Part shown: piece after piece, positions 1 to 12,492 of the stretch
Layout of the letters: each line of letters opens with the position of its first letter
Position numbering within the stretch: position 1 is the stretch's first letter
DNA from: Octopus bimaculoides
Lineage: Eukaryota
Assembly: GCF_001194135.2 (NCBI RefSeq)
Contig: NC_068995.1
Coordinates: 52,665,262-52,723,226, forward strand
DNA length: 57,965 nucleotides
Reading direction: 5' to 3'
The notes under the pieces: model-generated
What the model was told of the DNA's origin: nothing
What the model saw: the letters and a program-made list of their open reading frames with translations, nothing else
Databases searched by the model: none
Program-made: the position numbers and the translations under genes

Positions 1-205
1 GCCTCCCTTCTGGCACATTGGTACAATTCCCTGCTACCACCGTTCTTCCAGTCCTTCCAAGCTTGTTTCTTTTGTCTAATAGCCCTGTCTACCTCCTTGT
101 TCCACCACCACGTTACTCTGGGTTGGGAGGGGACCTTACACCACCCACAAATCTGGTCGGTGGCTTTCAACAGGTTGTCCCGCAGAAATCTCCAATTGTC
201 TTCCA
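1..205 (-). mobile_element. RTE-clade LINE ORF2 fragment (endonuclease-RT linker), 5'-truncated, continues off the window start
   Basis: Stop-free minus-strand frame EDNWRFLRDNLLKATDQICGWCKVPSQPRVTWWWNKEVDRAIRQKKQAWKDWKNGGSRELYQCARRE contains the RTE-typical TWWWN-x-EV...AI..KK.AWK.W motif; abuts an (ATAG)n tract. Confidence 0.85.
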
Positions 206-208
206 TAT

Positions 209-239
<31 letters not shown>

Positions 240-639
240 CACTTATATAGACAGATAGATAGATAGATAGATACACACACACAGAGATATATATGTGTGC
301 TTCTATTTTATTTTGGAAAAGATTCCCCTTTTCAAATATCAAAGAAAAATAGCCCAAGAATTCAGAGATAAATTGTTATTATTGGAAGGCCATTCTGGAG
401 CCTTTTTTTTTTGGCTAGTAATGCCACATGGAAAACAGGATCTTGGTGAAAATAAAAATAGTGGTATATGCTGCTGGGGGGAAAATACCTTTAGCAAGGG
501 GGGAAAAAGACCCTTGAGGAATATGCATGAAAAAGGTTAAAAGATCAATATGATGATTTCTAGAAAGTTCTAGGTGGATGGTAATATTTTATAGCAGGCA
601 GAAACAAAAATCAACAACTACAAAAAAAAAAAAAACTGA

Positions 640-907
640 TGTTAAGTTCCATGATGGTGGTGATGCTCATGAGGATTGTTACTGTAATGATGATTATGAT
701 GATGAAGTTGGTGTTGCTAAAGATGGTAAAACTGATGATAAAAATGATGAAGACAATGGTGGTGGTGTTGGCTATGATGATGTTGATGACAATGATATGG
801 GTGATGATGCTGACGATGACAATGATGACAATGATGATGATGGTGCTGATGAATATGCAGAGGAAGTGGAGGAGTATAATGGTTGTGTTGACAATGACAA
901 CGATGAT
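640..907. repeat. Degenerate (GAT/GGT)n trinucleotide tract
   Basis: Direct inspection; runs into the 908-1577 gap. Confidence 0.9.
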
Positions 908-2870
908 NNNNNNNNNNNNNNNNNNNNNNNNNNNNNNNNNNNNNNNNNNNNNNNNNNNNNNNNNNNNNNNNNNNNNNNNNNNNNNNNNNNNNNNNNNNNN
1001 NNNNNNNNNNNNNNNNNNNNNNNNNNNNNNNNNNNNNNNNNNNNNNNNNNNNNNNNNNNNNNNNNNNNNNNNNNNNNNNNNNNNNNNNNNNNNNNNNNNN
1101 NNNNNNNNNNNNNNNNNNNNNNNNNNNNNNNNNNNNNNNNNNNNNNNNNNNNNNNNNNNNNNNNNNNNNNNNNNNNNNNNNNNNNNNNNNNNNNNNNNNN
1201 NNNNNNNNNNNNNNNNNNNNNNNNNNNNNNNNNNNNNNNNNNNNNNNNNNNNNNNNNNNNNNNNNNNNNNNNNNNNNNNNNNNNNNNNNNNNNNNNNNNN
1301 NNNNNNNNNNNNNNNNNNNNNNNNNNNNNNNNNNNNNNNNNNNNNNNNNNNNNNNNNNNNNNNNNNNNNNNNNNNNNNNNNNNNNNNNNNNNNNNNNNNN
1401 NNNNNNNNNNNNNNNNNNNNNNNNNNNNNNNNNNNNNNNNNNNNNNNNNNNNNNNNNNNNNNNNNNNNNNNNNNNNNNNNNNNNNNNNNNNNNNNNNNNN
1501 NNNNNNNNNNNNNNNNNNNNNNNNNNNNNNNNNNNNNNNNNNNNNNNNNNNNNNNNNNNNNNNNNNNNNNNNNNNNNCTGAAAAGCAAGTGTGTATGTGT
1601 ACATATGTGTTTATGTGTATGTGTGTGTGTGTGTGTGTTTATGTATGTGTGTATGTTTGTGTATGTGTGTGTTTGTAGTTGTGATTTATATATGTTTATA
1701 AAATATATATAAGTAATATAAAGTTGTGAAATAAATATACTTACACACAATTATAATACACACTCATGGATATATACATACATATATACTCACATATACA
1801 CGTGTAGGATTCTGTGTGATTGCACTGAAAAGTGTGTATATGCGTCTATGTATGTCGTTATGTATGTGTGTGTGTCTTTTGTGTGTATGTGTGTTTAGTG
1901 TTTATAGATATTTAAAATAAATAATTGTAAATACAAACATACATTAGCTAAATATGTATACATACATATATATATACATATATATATATATACACAGCAG
2001 TGTGAACGTAAATGAAAGACCCCCACCTTTCCCATGTACTCACACATACACACAAAAATATACACTTGTACACCTACACAAACATGCACACACGCACAGC
2101 ATCAAATATTTGAACATAAATAGAATTACTATTAAGAATATAATTCTAAGAGCAGCTTTAATAATCGCCTGAACATGTTGGAAGAGACAGATTTAGGATA
2201 ATCCGCTCACTTAGATGTAGTGGTGTCTTTATAGAAGAATCAAGAACTATCCAAGAAAATTGTCTCAACAGTAGACACGTAGGAATATTTAAGGTGAGAC
2301 TTGAAACAAATATTAATACGGAACTTATACTAATCCACACAAAACAAAAAAATAGTCTGTTGCTCATTTCTGCTACAATTTTGGTCTTTTAGTGGTTCCA
2401 ACTATAATATAATACTATAGCGTTAGTTTATAATCCTAAGCAAAAGATTTCTCTACGTTGTCATATGGAAGCACAAAGGCACAAAGTAGAACTAAAGGGG
2501 TAATGTATGTTTTGTATTAGAGTGCAGAGGATTAAATGCCTTGTGGTGTTAGCGTCTACTTAGTACTTCTTCAGGCACTGAGTTCAAATAACTTCCAAGG
2601 TTAAATTAACATTTTGGATGGCAGTGAAAATGATGATGATGGTGGAGTTGATCAAGCAATGTGCTCTTTATGTTCTCACTGCAGCTGACGTAATAATAAT
2701 AATAATAATAATAATAATGATGATAATAATGAAGTCAACAATGGCAGAATTTGAACTCAGAGCATAAAGAGTTAGAACAAATGTCTCTAAGTATTTTGTC
2801 TGGCACACTAAGAATACTGCTGTGTTGCTGCTCTAATAATAATAATAATGATAATGATAATAATAATAAA

Positions 2871-3430
2871 TGCCCGGATGCAGTACCAAGCAATGGCTCT
2901 CATGGCTTCTGATCTTAACTGATTAGAAGTGTTATCATGTACATTGTTTTGTCTTGTTATAAAAAGATGGGCCTCAGCAAATATTCTGCTTAATACCGAA
3001 GATCTGCTTGTCAGCTGTTTGACCATAACCAGTTGAGCATGTCCCTTAGAGGCTGACAATATGTGTATCCCTGATGACGGGCAGAAGTAGTGGGGGAGCA
3101 TCATAGCCATGTGTTGAGAGGAATTCTTTGGGGTTTGAATAATTCACCTCTGGAAGCATGGGAGTTTTGTTCATCATCCTTAAAACAAACCTTATTCAGG
3201 GACCTTTTGAGCGAGATGGGCTACTCGACCTGAAGAAAATTCTAACTGGGCCCTACCTGCAAAATCATGCACTGTTTATCTTGATATGAGATCACCATGT
3301 TGCGCACATATGGTTGTGATGCATGTGCTTGATGCACACTTATCAGATGGGTAGGCATGATGGATATATTGGGCTTCATATATTTGTACTCCAGTGTCAC
3401 TTTGATGACATGCATTGCTCTCTCTCACTC
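2871..3430. mobile_element. About 560-bp interspersed repeat bounded by (AAT)n arrays
   Basis: Complex non-coding block exactly between AAT arrays (2834-2870 and 3431-3445); resembles a repeat I recall as abundant in octopus DNA (not verified). Confidence 0.55.
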
Positions 3431-4139
3431 AACAATAATAATAATTATAGTATAGCTACTGCTATGAAAAACAACATTCTCATTTTCATTTTTTCTGTAG
3501 GAGCAGAAACGATGTGCCAATAGTTGTTTCAACAATTACATCTTCAACCAAGAAGTTGGCAGCCACAAATTTACTGTCTTGAATTTAATATGATATTTCT
3601 CCAATTGGGACGGTGTAGTTATAGAGTTGTACTAATCAGATATTTTGTCATAACTGCAGAGCTTATCAAGTTTATCAAGAACTCAGAACCAATTATATAT
3701 CCTCATATCTAGAATCCTTAACTGCCTGATCATTATTGCTATGTTGCTGTTGTCCTAGTGTCCTTGTCACGTTATTCTGATGTAAATAGGCAAGTACTCA
3801 TTAGATACTTGTCTGCTGTAAGCAGTGGCAGCATAGTAAAATTAATGGGTGTTTGATAAGCTTGATCTGACAGCCTGAAAACTAAAGCAGGAAATCAGTA
3901 ATTCTGCTGCTGAATTCTTTACATTAGGATCTGAGTCTTCAGTGGATGTTTCCCCCCCCCCCCNNNNNNNNNNNNNNNNNNNNNNNNNNNNNNNNNNNNN
4001 NNNNNNNNNNNNNNNNNNNNCCCCACTCAAAGACCAAATTAAGATTATGGGACGAAGCATTACTAACAGAGGGGTAAATAAGAACTGTTTGGTCATCCAT
4101 CATATTTTAGTTGATTGAAGTTCCTTTCACTCTAAATAA

Positions 4140-4306
4140 TGATGCCAGGAATGATGATGATGATGATGATGATGATAAGGAGGAGGAGGATGGTGGTGAT
4201 AATAGTATGGTGAAAAAGATGATTATGGCAACAAAGATGATGATGATGATGATGATGATAACTAATACTGAGGATGTAAGTAACGATGATGATGAGAATG
4301 GCAGTT

Positions 4307-4350
<44 letters not shown>

Positions 4351-4455
4351 AGTGATGATGACAATAAGGATGGTGATTTCATCTATAATGATAACGATGA
4401 TGTCGATGATCACGATGATGAAGATTATGATGAAGATGATGATGATGATGATGAT
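4140..4455. repeat. Degenerate (GAT)n tract
   Basis: Direct inspection. Confidence 0.9.
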
Positions 4456-4882
4456 AACTGCTTGTTTTGTTTTTGTTGCTTTTTTGTTCTCTTGAACATT
4501 ATCTTAAATATCTGCCTCTGTAATTGGTTGAACAACAAGCAANNNNNNNNNNACACACACACACACACACACACACACACAAGCTTATTGAAAACCATTT
4601 ATTATTCATGCGATGTAATTTACTCAGATTTTTAAAGAAGATATCCAAGTCGTAACCAAATATATTTCTAATGAGAAAACTCTGCTACTCATTTCAGGTA
4701 TGTCTCTATCCTGCCATTCACTTGGAATTCTATCAGTCTCAGAGCTGATTATGGCACCAGTACCAGCTGCTTAAACACGTTTACCTCCATTGCCACCAAA
4801 GACAGCTGTAATTTTCCTCACACTGGTTTTTCAAAAATCTAATCACCATTACACGATATGCTGCCTCACATGGATCAGGTTG

Positions 4883-4918
<36 letters not shown>

Positions 4919-5040
4919 GATTTACTATTTCATTTCTCTATGGACATTATTATTCATTATTTGTAACAATACTGCCTAACAAAATTATGCAGTATGTCAT
5001 ATGTTTTCATCTACAATTAGTATTGTACATATATATGCCA

Positions 5041-5270
5041 TCATCATCATCATTATCGATATCTAACATCTGCTTCCCATGCTGGCTTGAGTTGGTCAGC
5101 TTGGCATGAACTGGCCAGGCTGGTGGGGGCTACACCAGGTTCCATAGCCTGTTTTGGCTTGGTTTCAACAGCTGGATGCCCTTCCCAACACTGACCGCTC
5201 CACAGAGTGTACTGGTTGCTTTTCTACGTGGAACCCAGATCCACATCAATGCTTTTTTATGTGGCACCTT
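5041..5270 (-). mobile_element. Old RTE 3'-end fragment
   Basis: (CAT)n tail followed by CCATGCTGGC..TTGG..CAGCTGGATGCCCTTCC. Confidence 0.6.
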
Positions 5271-5705
5271 GGTCTTAGGATCTCAATTCTGTCGTGGTGG
5301 GCAGGTCTTCATGGGTACAGTAATGTCATCTCCTTTGTGAGACAATAATGGAATGGAAAGAAAATGCTCACACGCATAGACAACTGCTAGCCTTCCACAA
5401 AATATCTTGCCAGGGTCTGAACACATACGGCTAGAGGTGTGGTCAAGACAGGTTGATGGAGGCCACTCACTTATACTGCAATATAATGAAAAAGATTCTG
5501 CATGGTCATTCAGTCTTCGAGAAATAACAGCCAAATCTCACTCAAATTGCACCCTAACCTACTGTCTTAAAAAATATGGGAGTTTCTTATACATGGATTA
5601 TATGATAATTCCTTACAAAACCTTTTTCCAAATTTTAAACCCCCTAAATTAGGGGGGTCCTTATACACATTAAAATACGGTATATACACACACACATACA
5701 TATGG

Positions 5706-5766
<61 letters not shown>

Positions 5767-5770
5767 AATA

Positions 5771-5925
5771 TGATGGACTTTTTTTCAGTTTCCGTCTACT
5801 AAATCCACTCACAAGGCTTTAGTTGGCCTGAGGTTATAATAGAAGACACATGCCCAAGGTGCCATGCAGCAGGACTGAATCCAGAACCATGTGCTTGGGA
5901 AGCAAACTTCTTACCATACAGCCAA
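5771..5925 (-). mobile_element. SINE family A, 5' half
   Basis: Similar to the 41940-42103 head and body; adjoins (TA)n. Confidence 0.8.
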
Positions 5926-7367
5926 GCCAGCTTATGTATAAGTAAAGGTTGTGGAAAGAAGAAACATTTGTTATATCAATAATGATGATAAATTATAGCA
6001 AAATACAAAAAAAAAAAAAAGAATAAAAAGCTTAGGATTGATAAACTGAACAGAACCGAAGTGTAACAACGAAATATTCAGATTTAAGATCAAAGAAACA
6101 CAAGGAAAGAGGGATATCCTCATCTTTCTGTGTAAAACTCTGATGGTAAGACATCCCACTTCCTCTCTCTCTGTCTCTCTCTCTCTGTCTCTCTCTCTGT
6201 CTCTGTCTCTCACTCTCTCTCTCTGTCTCTGTCTCTTTCTGTCTTTGGCTTTAAATTTCCATTTGTCATTTGTTATCATTGCTCTCTGCAGTTCAGTTTA
6301 CTGATCTCATGTCTTTTCATCTTTGTTATACATTGTCGTGCACGCAATGTCATTATCGTCATCATTACCACCACCACCACCACCACAACCACCACCACCA
6401 ACAACAACAACAACAGTAACAACAATGACACCCCCACCACCACTGCCATCACCGCTATCACCATCACTCTGCGTGAGTATATGTGTGTGTATGTAAAAGG
6501 GAGTCATGGGAATGTCTGTGTGCATATGCATGTGTGTGTGTGTGTGTGTATGTGTGCAATGGAAGTGGGATGGTGAACATTCAACTCTGAAAAAGAAAAA
6601 TCAAACAGCATTTCAACTCTGTGTGAGTGTATGTGTGTATGTAAAAGGAAAGTACGTGTATGTTTGTATTTGTGATTATCATGTACCTTGTTTTGTACCT
6701 TATTTATACATAAAACACTACAATTAGCCGTCATTTGATGGCATGGGGCCAGTTAGTAAAGGAAGATCAGTGCTACGAAGAATAACATATGGATGGCAGA
6801 GTCATTCGAACCCGTTATCTTGTGGTTTCTGAATCTCTCATTCTACCCCTTAATCTCACAACTCATTTGTTGCAACTAAATTCCCAAAATAAGGAATACA
6901 ATTGAATTCTTGGGAAAAAAAAAAACATCTCCAAAGAAAGCCAAAATAAATAGATTGGCTGATGAAAGTAAAGATGGCAATCTAATAATAATGAAGAATT
7001 TAGAACAGAGCAAGATTTTTAATCCAATAGACATTTTAGATTGTATTGTAAATAAAATAATGGATAAAAATCAGGAGAACGGAGGAGAGGAAGAGGTGGA
7101 GGTGGTGGTGGTGGTGTTACAAGTTTTGTTTTGATAACCATGTGAATGTAATAGCAATTTAATAAATATGTATACTGATATATGCATACACACACACGTG
7201 TGTACATACATGTATACACATACATACATGCATACACATACATACACACATGTGTATATATATATATACACATACATGTATACATGCATACATACACACA
7301 TATATACACACACATATATGTATACATATATATACACACACATATCTAACTACCAACCTCTCTATCA

Positions 7368-7426
<59 letters not shown>

Positions 7427-7533
7427 AATGTATGTATATAATAAATAAACACACATGCATGCACACATGTGCCACAGATATTCATACACATACATGTACA
7501 AGAGCATAAGTGCATTCATAGACACATACACAC

Positions 7534-7585
<52 letters not shown>

Positions 7586-7759
7586 TGTGCACACATACAT
7601 ATTTATTGGTGGAAATTATTGATGGCAGCTGATAGTTGAGTGTTGAGAGCGAAAACAACAGAACTGAAGAGGAAACGTTTCTAAGACAATAAGAACGGCA
7701 ACCACTTTGAGATTAACATCTGAGATAATGAAGATTGAAAGAAATACTACAACAACCTC

Positions 7760-8440
7760 CATATCTGATGATGACGATGACGATGATGATGGTGATGGTG
7801 ATGATCATGATGATAGCATTGGTGGCGGTGGTGGCGGTGGTACGATGACGATGATGGCGCTGGTGATGCTGTTGTAAGTGTTGTTGTTGTTGCTGTTGTT
7901 GTTGTTGTTGTTGCTGTTGTAGCGTCAACGAACATGGTTGTGATGATGATGCTGCTATTGAGGATGATGGCGGCTACGGTGGTCAAGGCAGTGGTTGTGC
8001 GATGATGATGATGATGGTGGTGGTGTCGGTGCTGCTGCTGCTGTTGCTGATGGTATTTTTGCTGATGATAGCTGTTTGTGATGGTGATGGTGGCTGACGA
8101 TGGTGATGTTGATGATAGTGGTGGTGATGATGGTGATGATGATGGCTGTTGTAGTGATAGGATGCTGATGTTCATGATTGTGATGATGATGATGTTTGGG
8201 ACATTTTAATGATAATTGTGATAGTGATGCTCATGATGATGATTAATGATGATGATGATGATGATGATGGGGAGGAGAGAAAGAAGATGGTGAGGGTCGT
8301 GAAGGTGGTAATATTAATGATGAAAATGATGATGATGATGATGAAGATGTTGATGATTATGTTGATTATTATTATTATTATAATGATGATGCTGATGATG
8401 ATGCTGGTGGTGATGATGACGATGACGATGACGAAGACCA
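7760..8440. repeat. Compound (GAT/GGT/GTT/GCT)n tract
   Basis: Direct inspection. Confidence 0.9.
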
Positions 8441-10139
8441 TAATGGTGTCGAAAGGAAATAAAATACAAGTGTTTGACATGTTTAAAATATATATTTTAG
8501 AAGACAAAGGAATTTGAGGAAAAAGAAAAATAAGCACAAATAAAACAGTGACTAACAGACAGAAGCATACATACACAGACACACACACACACACATGCAT
8601 ACACATGCACACACAGAGAACACTGTCTTGCACACAATTTACGTATAATATATGTGCATGTGTTTAGGAATGTGTGTGTGCATATATATAACTGTGTGTG
8701 TGTGTGTGTGTGTGTATGGGAAACAGTTGTTCATTGATATATTTTATTGGTAAAAACAAAACAAATAAATCCCCCTCCCCCACCTAAAACAAAAAATTGT
8801 AAAAAAAAGTACAAACTGAAGACTATAAGAACTAAAACAGCAACAATAACAACAGCAATAATAATAATAATAATAAAGAAAATGCAGAAGGATTGTTACA
8901 CCTCCTCCTACTTCCCAGCCAAGAAAGAAAAAAAAAGAGAAAAATGAATAATTAGGAACAAAAAATAAAAATAAAAGTAGAAGTAAAAATAAAAATAAAT
9001 GACCAAATATGGTTCAGAAACTAACAAATGATATTAGATAAAAAGAAATATTGTTTGATTACAACAACAACAAGAGTGAAGAAAAGAAGAAAGAGAGGAA
9101 AGAATGAAAGAAACATGAAAGAAATTAAAAAGGAAATGAAAAGAAAAATCGAATAAATAATCAGGTATTTTTTAAATTTTATTTCTCACTTGGACAAAAA
9201 ATAGTGAAATATGTTGGTCAATATTTATGTGTGTATGAGTGAGTGTGTGTGTGTATACACACATACACATATATATATAGATACACAGAGGGATGGATGG
9301 ATGGATAGAGATATATATATATATATACACACAGATATCTATCTACATATATAGTATATATGTAATATATATATAATACATATAGTATATATGTAACATA
9401 TACTATATATGTTCTTTTTTCTTTTCCAGTGCATATTTGCATTATATTTATATATATATATGTATATATATATANNNNNNNNNNNNNNNNNNNNNNNNNN
9501 NNNNNNNNNNNNNNNNNNNNNNNNNNNNNNNNNNNNNNNNNNNNNNNNNNNNNNNNNNNNNNNNNNNNNNNNNNNNNNNNNNNNNNNNNNNNNNNNNNNN
9601 NNNNNNNNNNNNNNNNNNNNNNNNNNNNNNNNNNNNNNNNNNNNNNNNNNNNNNNNNNNNNNNNNNNNNNNNNNNNNNNNNNNNNNNNNNNNNNNNNNNN
9701 NNNNNNNNNNNNNNNNNNNNNNNNNNNNNNNNNNNNNNNNNNNNNNNNNNNNNNNNNNNNNNNNNNNNNNNNNNNNNNNNNNNNNNNNNNNNNNNNNNNN
9801 NNNNNNNNNNNNNNNNNNNNNNNNNNNNNNNNNNNNNNNNNNNNNNNNNNNNNNNNNNNNNNNNNNNNNNNNNNNNNNNNNNNNNNNNNNNNNNNNNNNN
9901 NNNNNNNNNNNNNNNNNNNNNNNNNNNNNNNNNNNNNNNNNNNNNNNNNNNNNNNNNNNNNNNNNNNNNNNNNNNNNNNNNNNNNNNNNNNNNNNNNNNN
10001 NNNNNNNNNNNNNNNNNNNNNNNNNNNNNNNNNNNNNNNNNNNNNNNNNNNNNNNNNNNNNNNNNNNNNNNNNNNNNNNNNNNNNNNNNNNNNNNNNNNN
10101 NNNNNNNNNNNNNNNNNNNNNNNNNNNNNNNNNNNNNNN

Positions 10140-11560
10140 CTGACATTGTCTTTAATGCCACTATGACCACTGCCATCACTGATGTTACCATCATCATCGC
10201 CATAACGACCATCACATTGTAGTCACAATCATCTTCACCCCCACCACCTTCATGAATATCATCATCATTAACATCATTATTATCATCATTATCATCATCG
10301 TAACCATCATCATTGTCGTTGTCATCATCATCATCATCATCACTGTCATCATCATAATTGTCAATGTCATTATCATCAACATCATCACTAATGTTCTTGT
10401 CATTCTGTAACAGTTGTTGCTGCTGTCCTCTTCCTCCTCCTCCTCCACACCTTTATCACCATCACCATCATCATCATCATCATCATCCCCATCACAACCA
10501 TCCACGTCATCACCATCATCTTTGTCATCATCTTTTATCCTTGTCATCACAGGGTAACATATACTTTTGGATAAAATAACTAAAAACATTTACCATAAAT
10601 AAGCAGAAAAACAAAAAGAATTTAAGAAAAAAATCCCCATAAAAGAACATGTCTCCAATATATATATGTGTCTGTCTGTGTGTAACTGCAGCGACAGCAG
10701 CAGAGTTGGCTGGCTAAACTTAATTCCTTACATTAAGCACATTTTTCCACTGAGACAAGAAGACAATGAAATCATGCTGCCAGGATGTTTTACAATTATA
10801 TTATGCTCACCATAACTACAACAACAACAACAACAACAGCAGCAGCAACAACAATGACAATAACAACAACAACAACAGCAACGACAACAACAATGGCAAC
10901 AACAACAACAACAACAACAATGACAATAACAACGACAACAACAAGGAGAACAAGATTGGCAGCAAAAACAACAACAACATGAGAAAAAAGAACAACAGCT
11001 GCAACAACAACAACAACAACAACAAGAAATAAGATGACAAGAAGAAGAAGCAATAACAACAGCATCAATGCTGATAACAACAAGTGCTGCTGCTGCTGCT
11101 GCTGCAGAAACAACAACAAATACAAGAAACAAGAGAAGATTAACAAAAAAAGGAAATGAGAGAAACAATAAGTCAAATGATAGGAATAACAACAAGTATA
11201 GCAACAATGATGACAATAACAACAACAACAACAACAACAACAAAGAGAAGAAATAAGTGGAACAACAACAATTACAACAACAACAACATGATATGTAAAA
11301 ATAAAAAATAAAGTATCATAAAAATTTGAGCAAAAAAAATCGGCAAAAATATTTACTGCAAAAAGTAAATAAAAAGAATAACAAACAAAGAATAATATAA
11401 ATGATATCATTTAAAATAAGATTTAACAATAATAAGAAGAACAACAACAAGCACCAGGAACAACAACAACAACATGAACAATAGCAAACACAACAACAAT
11501 TAAAATATCAACAAGGAAAAACAGTTGCTAAGACAACAGCAACACTAACAAAAACGACAA
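10140..11560. repeat. (CAT/CAC)n followed by long degenerate (AAC/AAT)n tracts
   Basis: Direct inspection. Confidence 0.85.
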
Positions 11561-11935
11561 GTGTGCGATGGGTTTAGATCAGAAGAAGGAAACAAATAAA
11601 TAGATTGAAATTTAGTGTTTTGTTTTTGTTTCTTTTATATATATTCTTATCTTCTGTTTGTTTGTTTGTTAGTTTGTTTTGGTCTTTTTTTTTGTCTTTG
11701 CTTTTGTTTTGCTGTAACTATAGAAACAACCATCTTCATTTCCATTTTGAAGTTATATTTAATAGTTTTAGTATGTTCCAAAGATGTAGGTTTCATTTGA
11801 TTCTGGAATACAGCACAAGAACATATATATATGTATATATATATGTATGAAAATAGATGTTAAATGGTGATGGTGATGGTGATGATGATGATGATAAGGT
11901 TGGTATATGTATATATATATATATANNNNNNNNNN

Positions 11936-11979
<44 letters not shown>

Positions 11980-11982
<3 letters not shown>

Positions 11983-12190
11983 TCATCATGATCATGGTCA
12001 AAATTTAGTGTTTGCTTTTCCATACCCGATGCCAGCATGGGTTGGACAGTGTAACAGAAAACCGACAAGGTGCAGGGCTACATCAAGCTCCAATGTCATA
12101 TTTGTCACAGTTTCTACAGCTCAATGCCCTTCATAACACCAACCACTTCACAGAGTGTGGACTGGGTGCTTTTTGTCATGTCACCAGCTC
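11980..12190 (-). mobile_element. Old RTE 3'-end fragment
   Basis: CCAGCATGGGTTGGACAG..CTACAGCTCAATGCCCTTCATAACACCAACCAC. Confidence 0.6.
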
Positions 12191-12267
12191 TACTGAGATT
12201 GCTATGTAACTCACAAGACAGAAAATGTCAGGTTATCTCGTAAATAATGTTCAAAATATCATATATG

Positions 12268-12442
12268 TACCGTTCTATATTTAAGAGATGAGGAATTATT
12301 TACATTATTTACATTAGACGGATATTTGTCCTCATCTTGTTTGTTGTTAACACAACGTTTCGGCTGATATACCCTCCAGCCTTCATCAGGTGTCTTGGGG
12401 GAAATTCTGAACCTGAGTTCTCATTCCTAAGATATTTTTCAA

Positions 12443-12492
<50 letters not shown>

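Noticed and set aside
578-1750. Long ORFs with poly-Asp/Met/Ile tracts
   Set aside because: They are translations of degenerate (GAT)n repeats running through an N-gap; all frames are open only because of low complexity and Ns.
2158-2367. Minus-strand ORF with a hydrophobic stretch, a possible transmembrane exon of the Ig gene
   Set aside because: Poor acceptor context, no basic stop-transfer motif and AT-rich composition that readily gives F/I/L runs; not supportable without RNA data.
3490-3600. Minus-strand peptide AANFLVEDVIVETTIGTSFL, faintly like an LTR-retrotransposon protease C-terminus
   Set aside because: No catalytic D(T/S)G motif or other pol remnants nearby; similarity is too short.
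3842-4096. ORF across a poly-C-flanked gap, a possible C-terminal or GPI exon
   Set aside because: It spans Ns, its frame cannot be determined and it has no recognisable motif.
10728-11410. Poly-Asn/Thr/Gln/Cys/Leu ORFs
   Set aside because: (AAC)n microsatellite translations with no splice or domain support.
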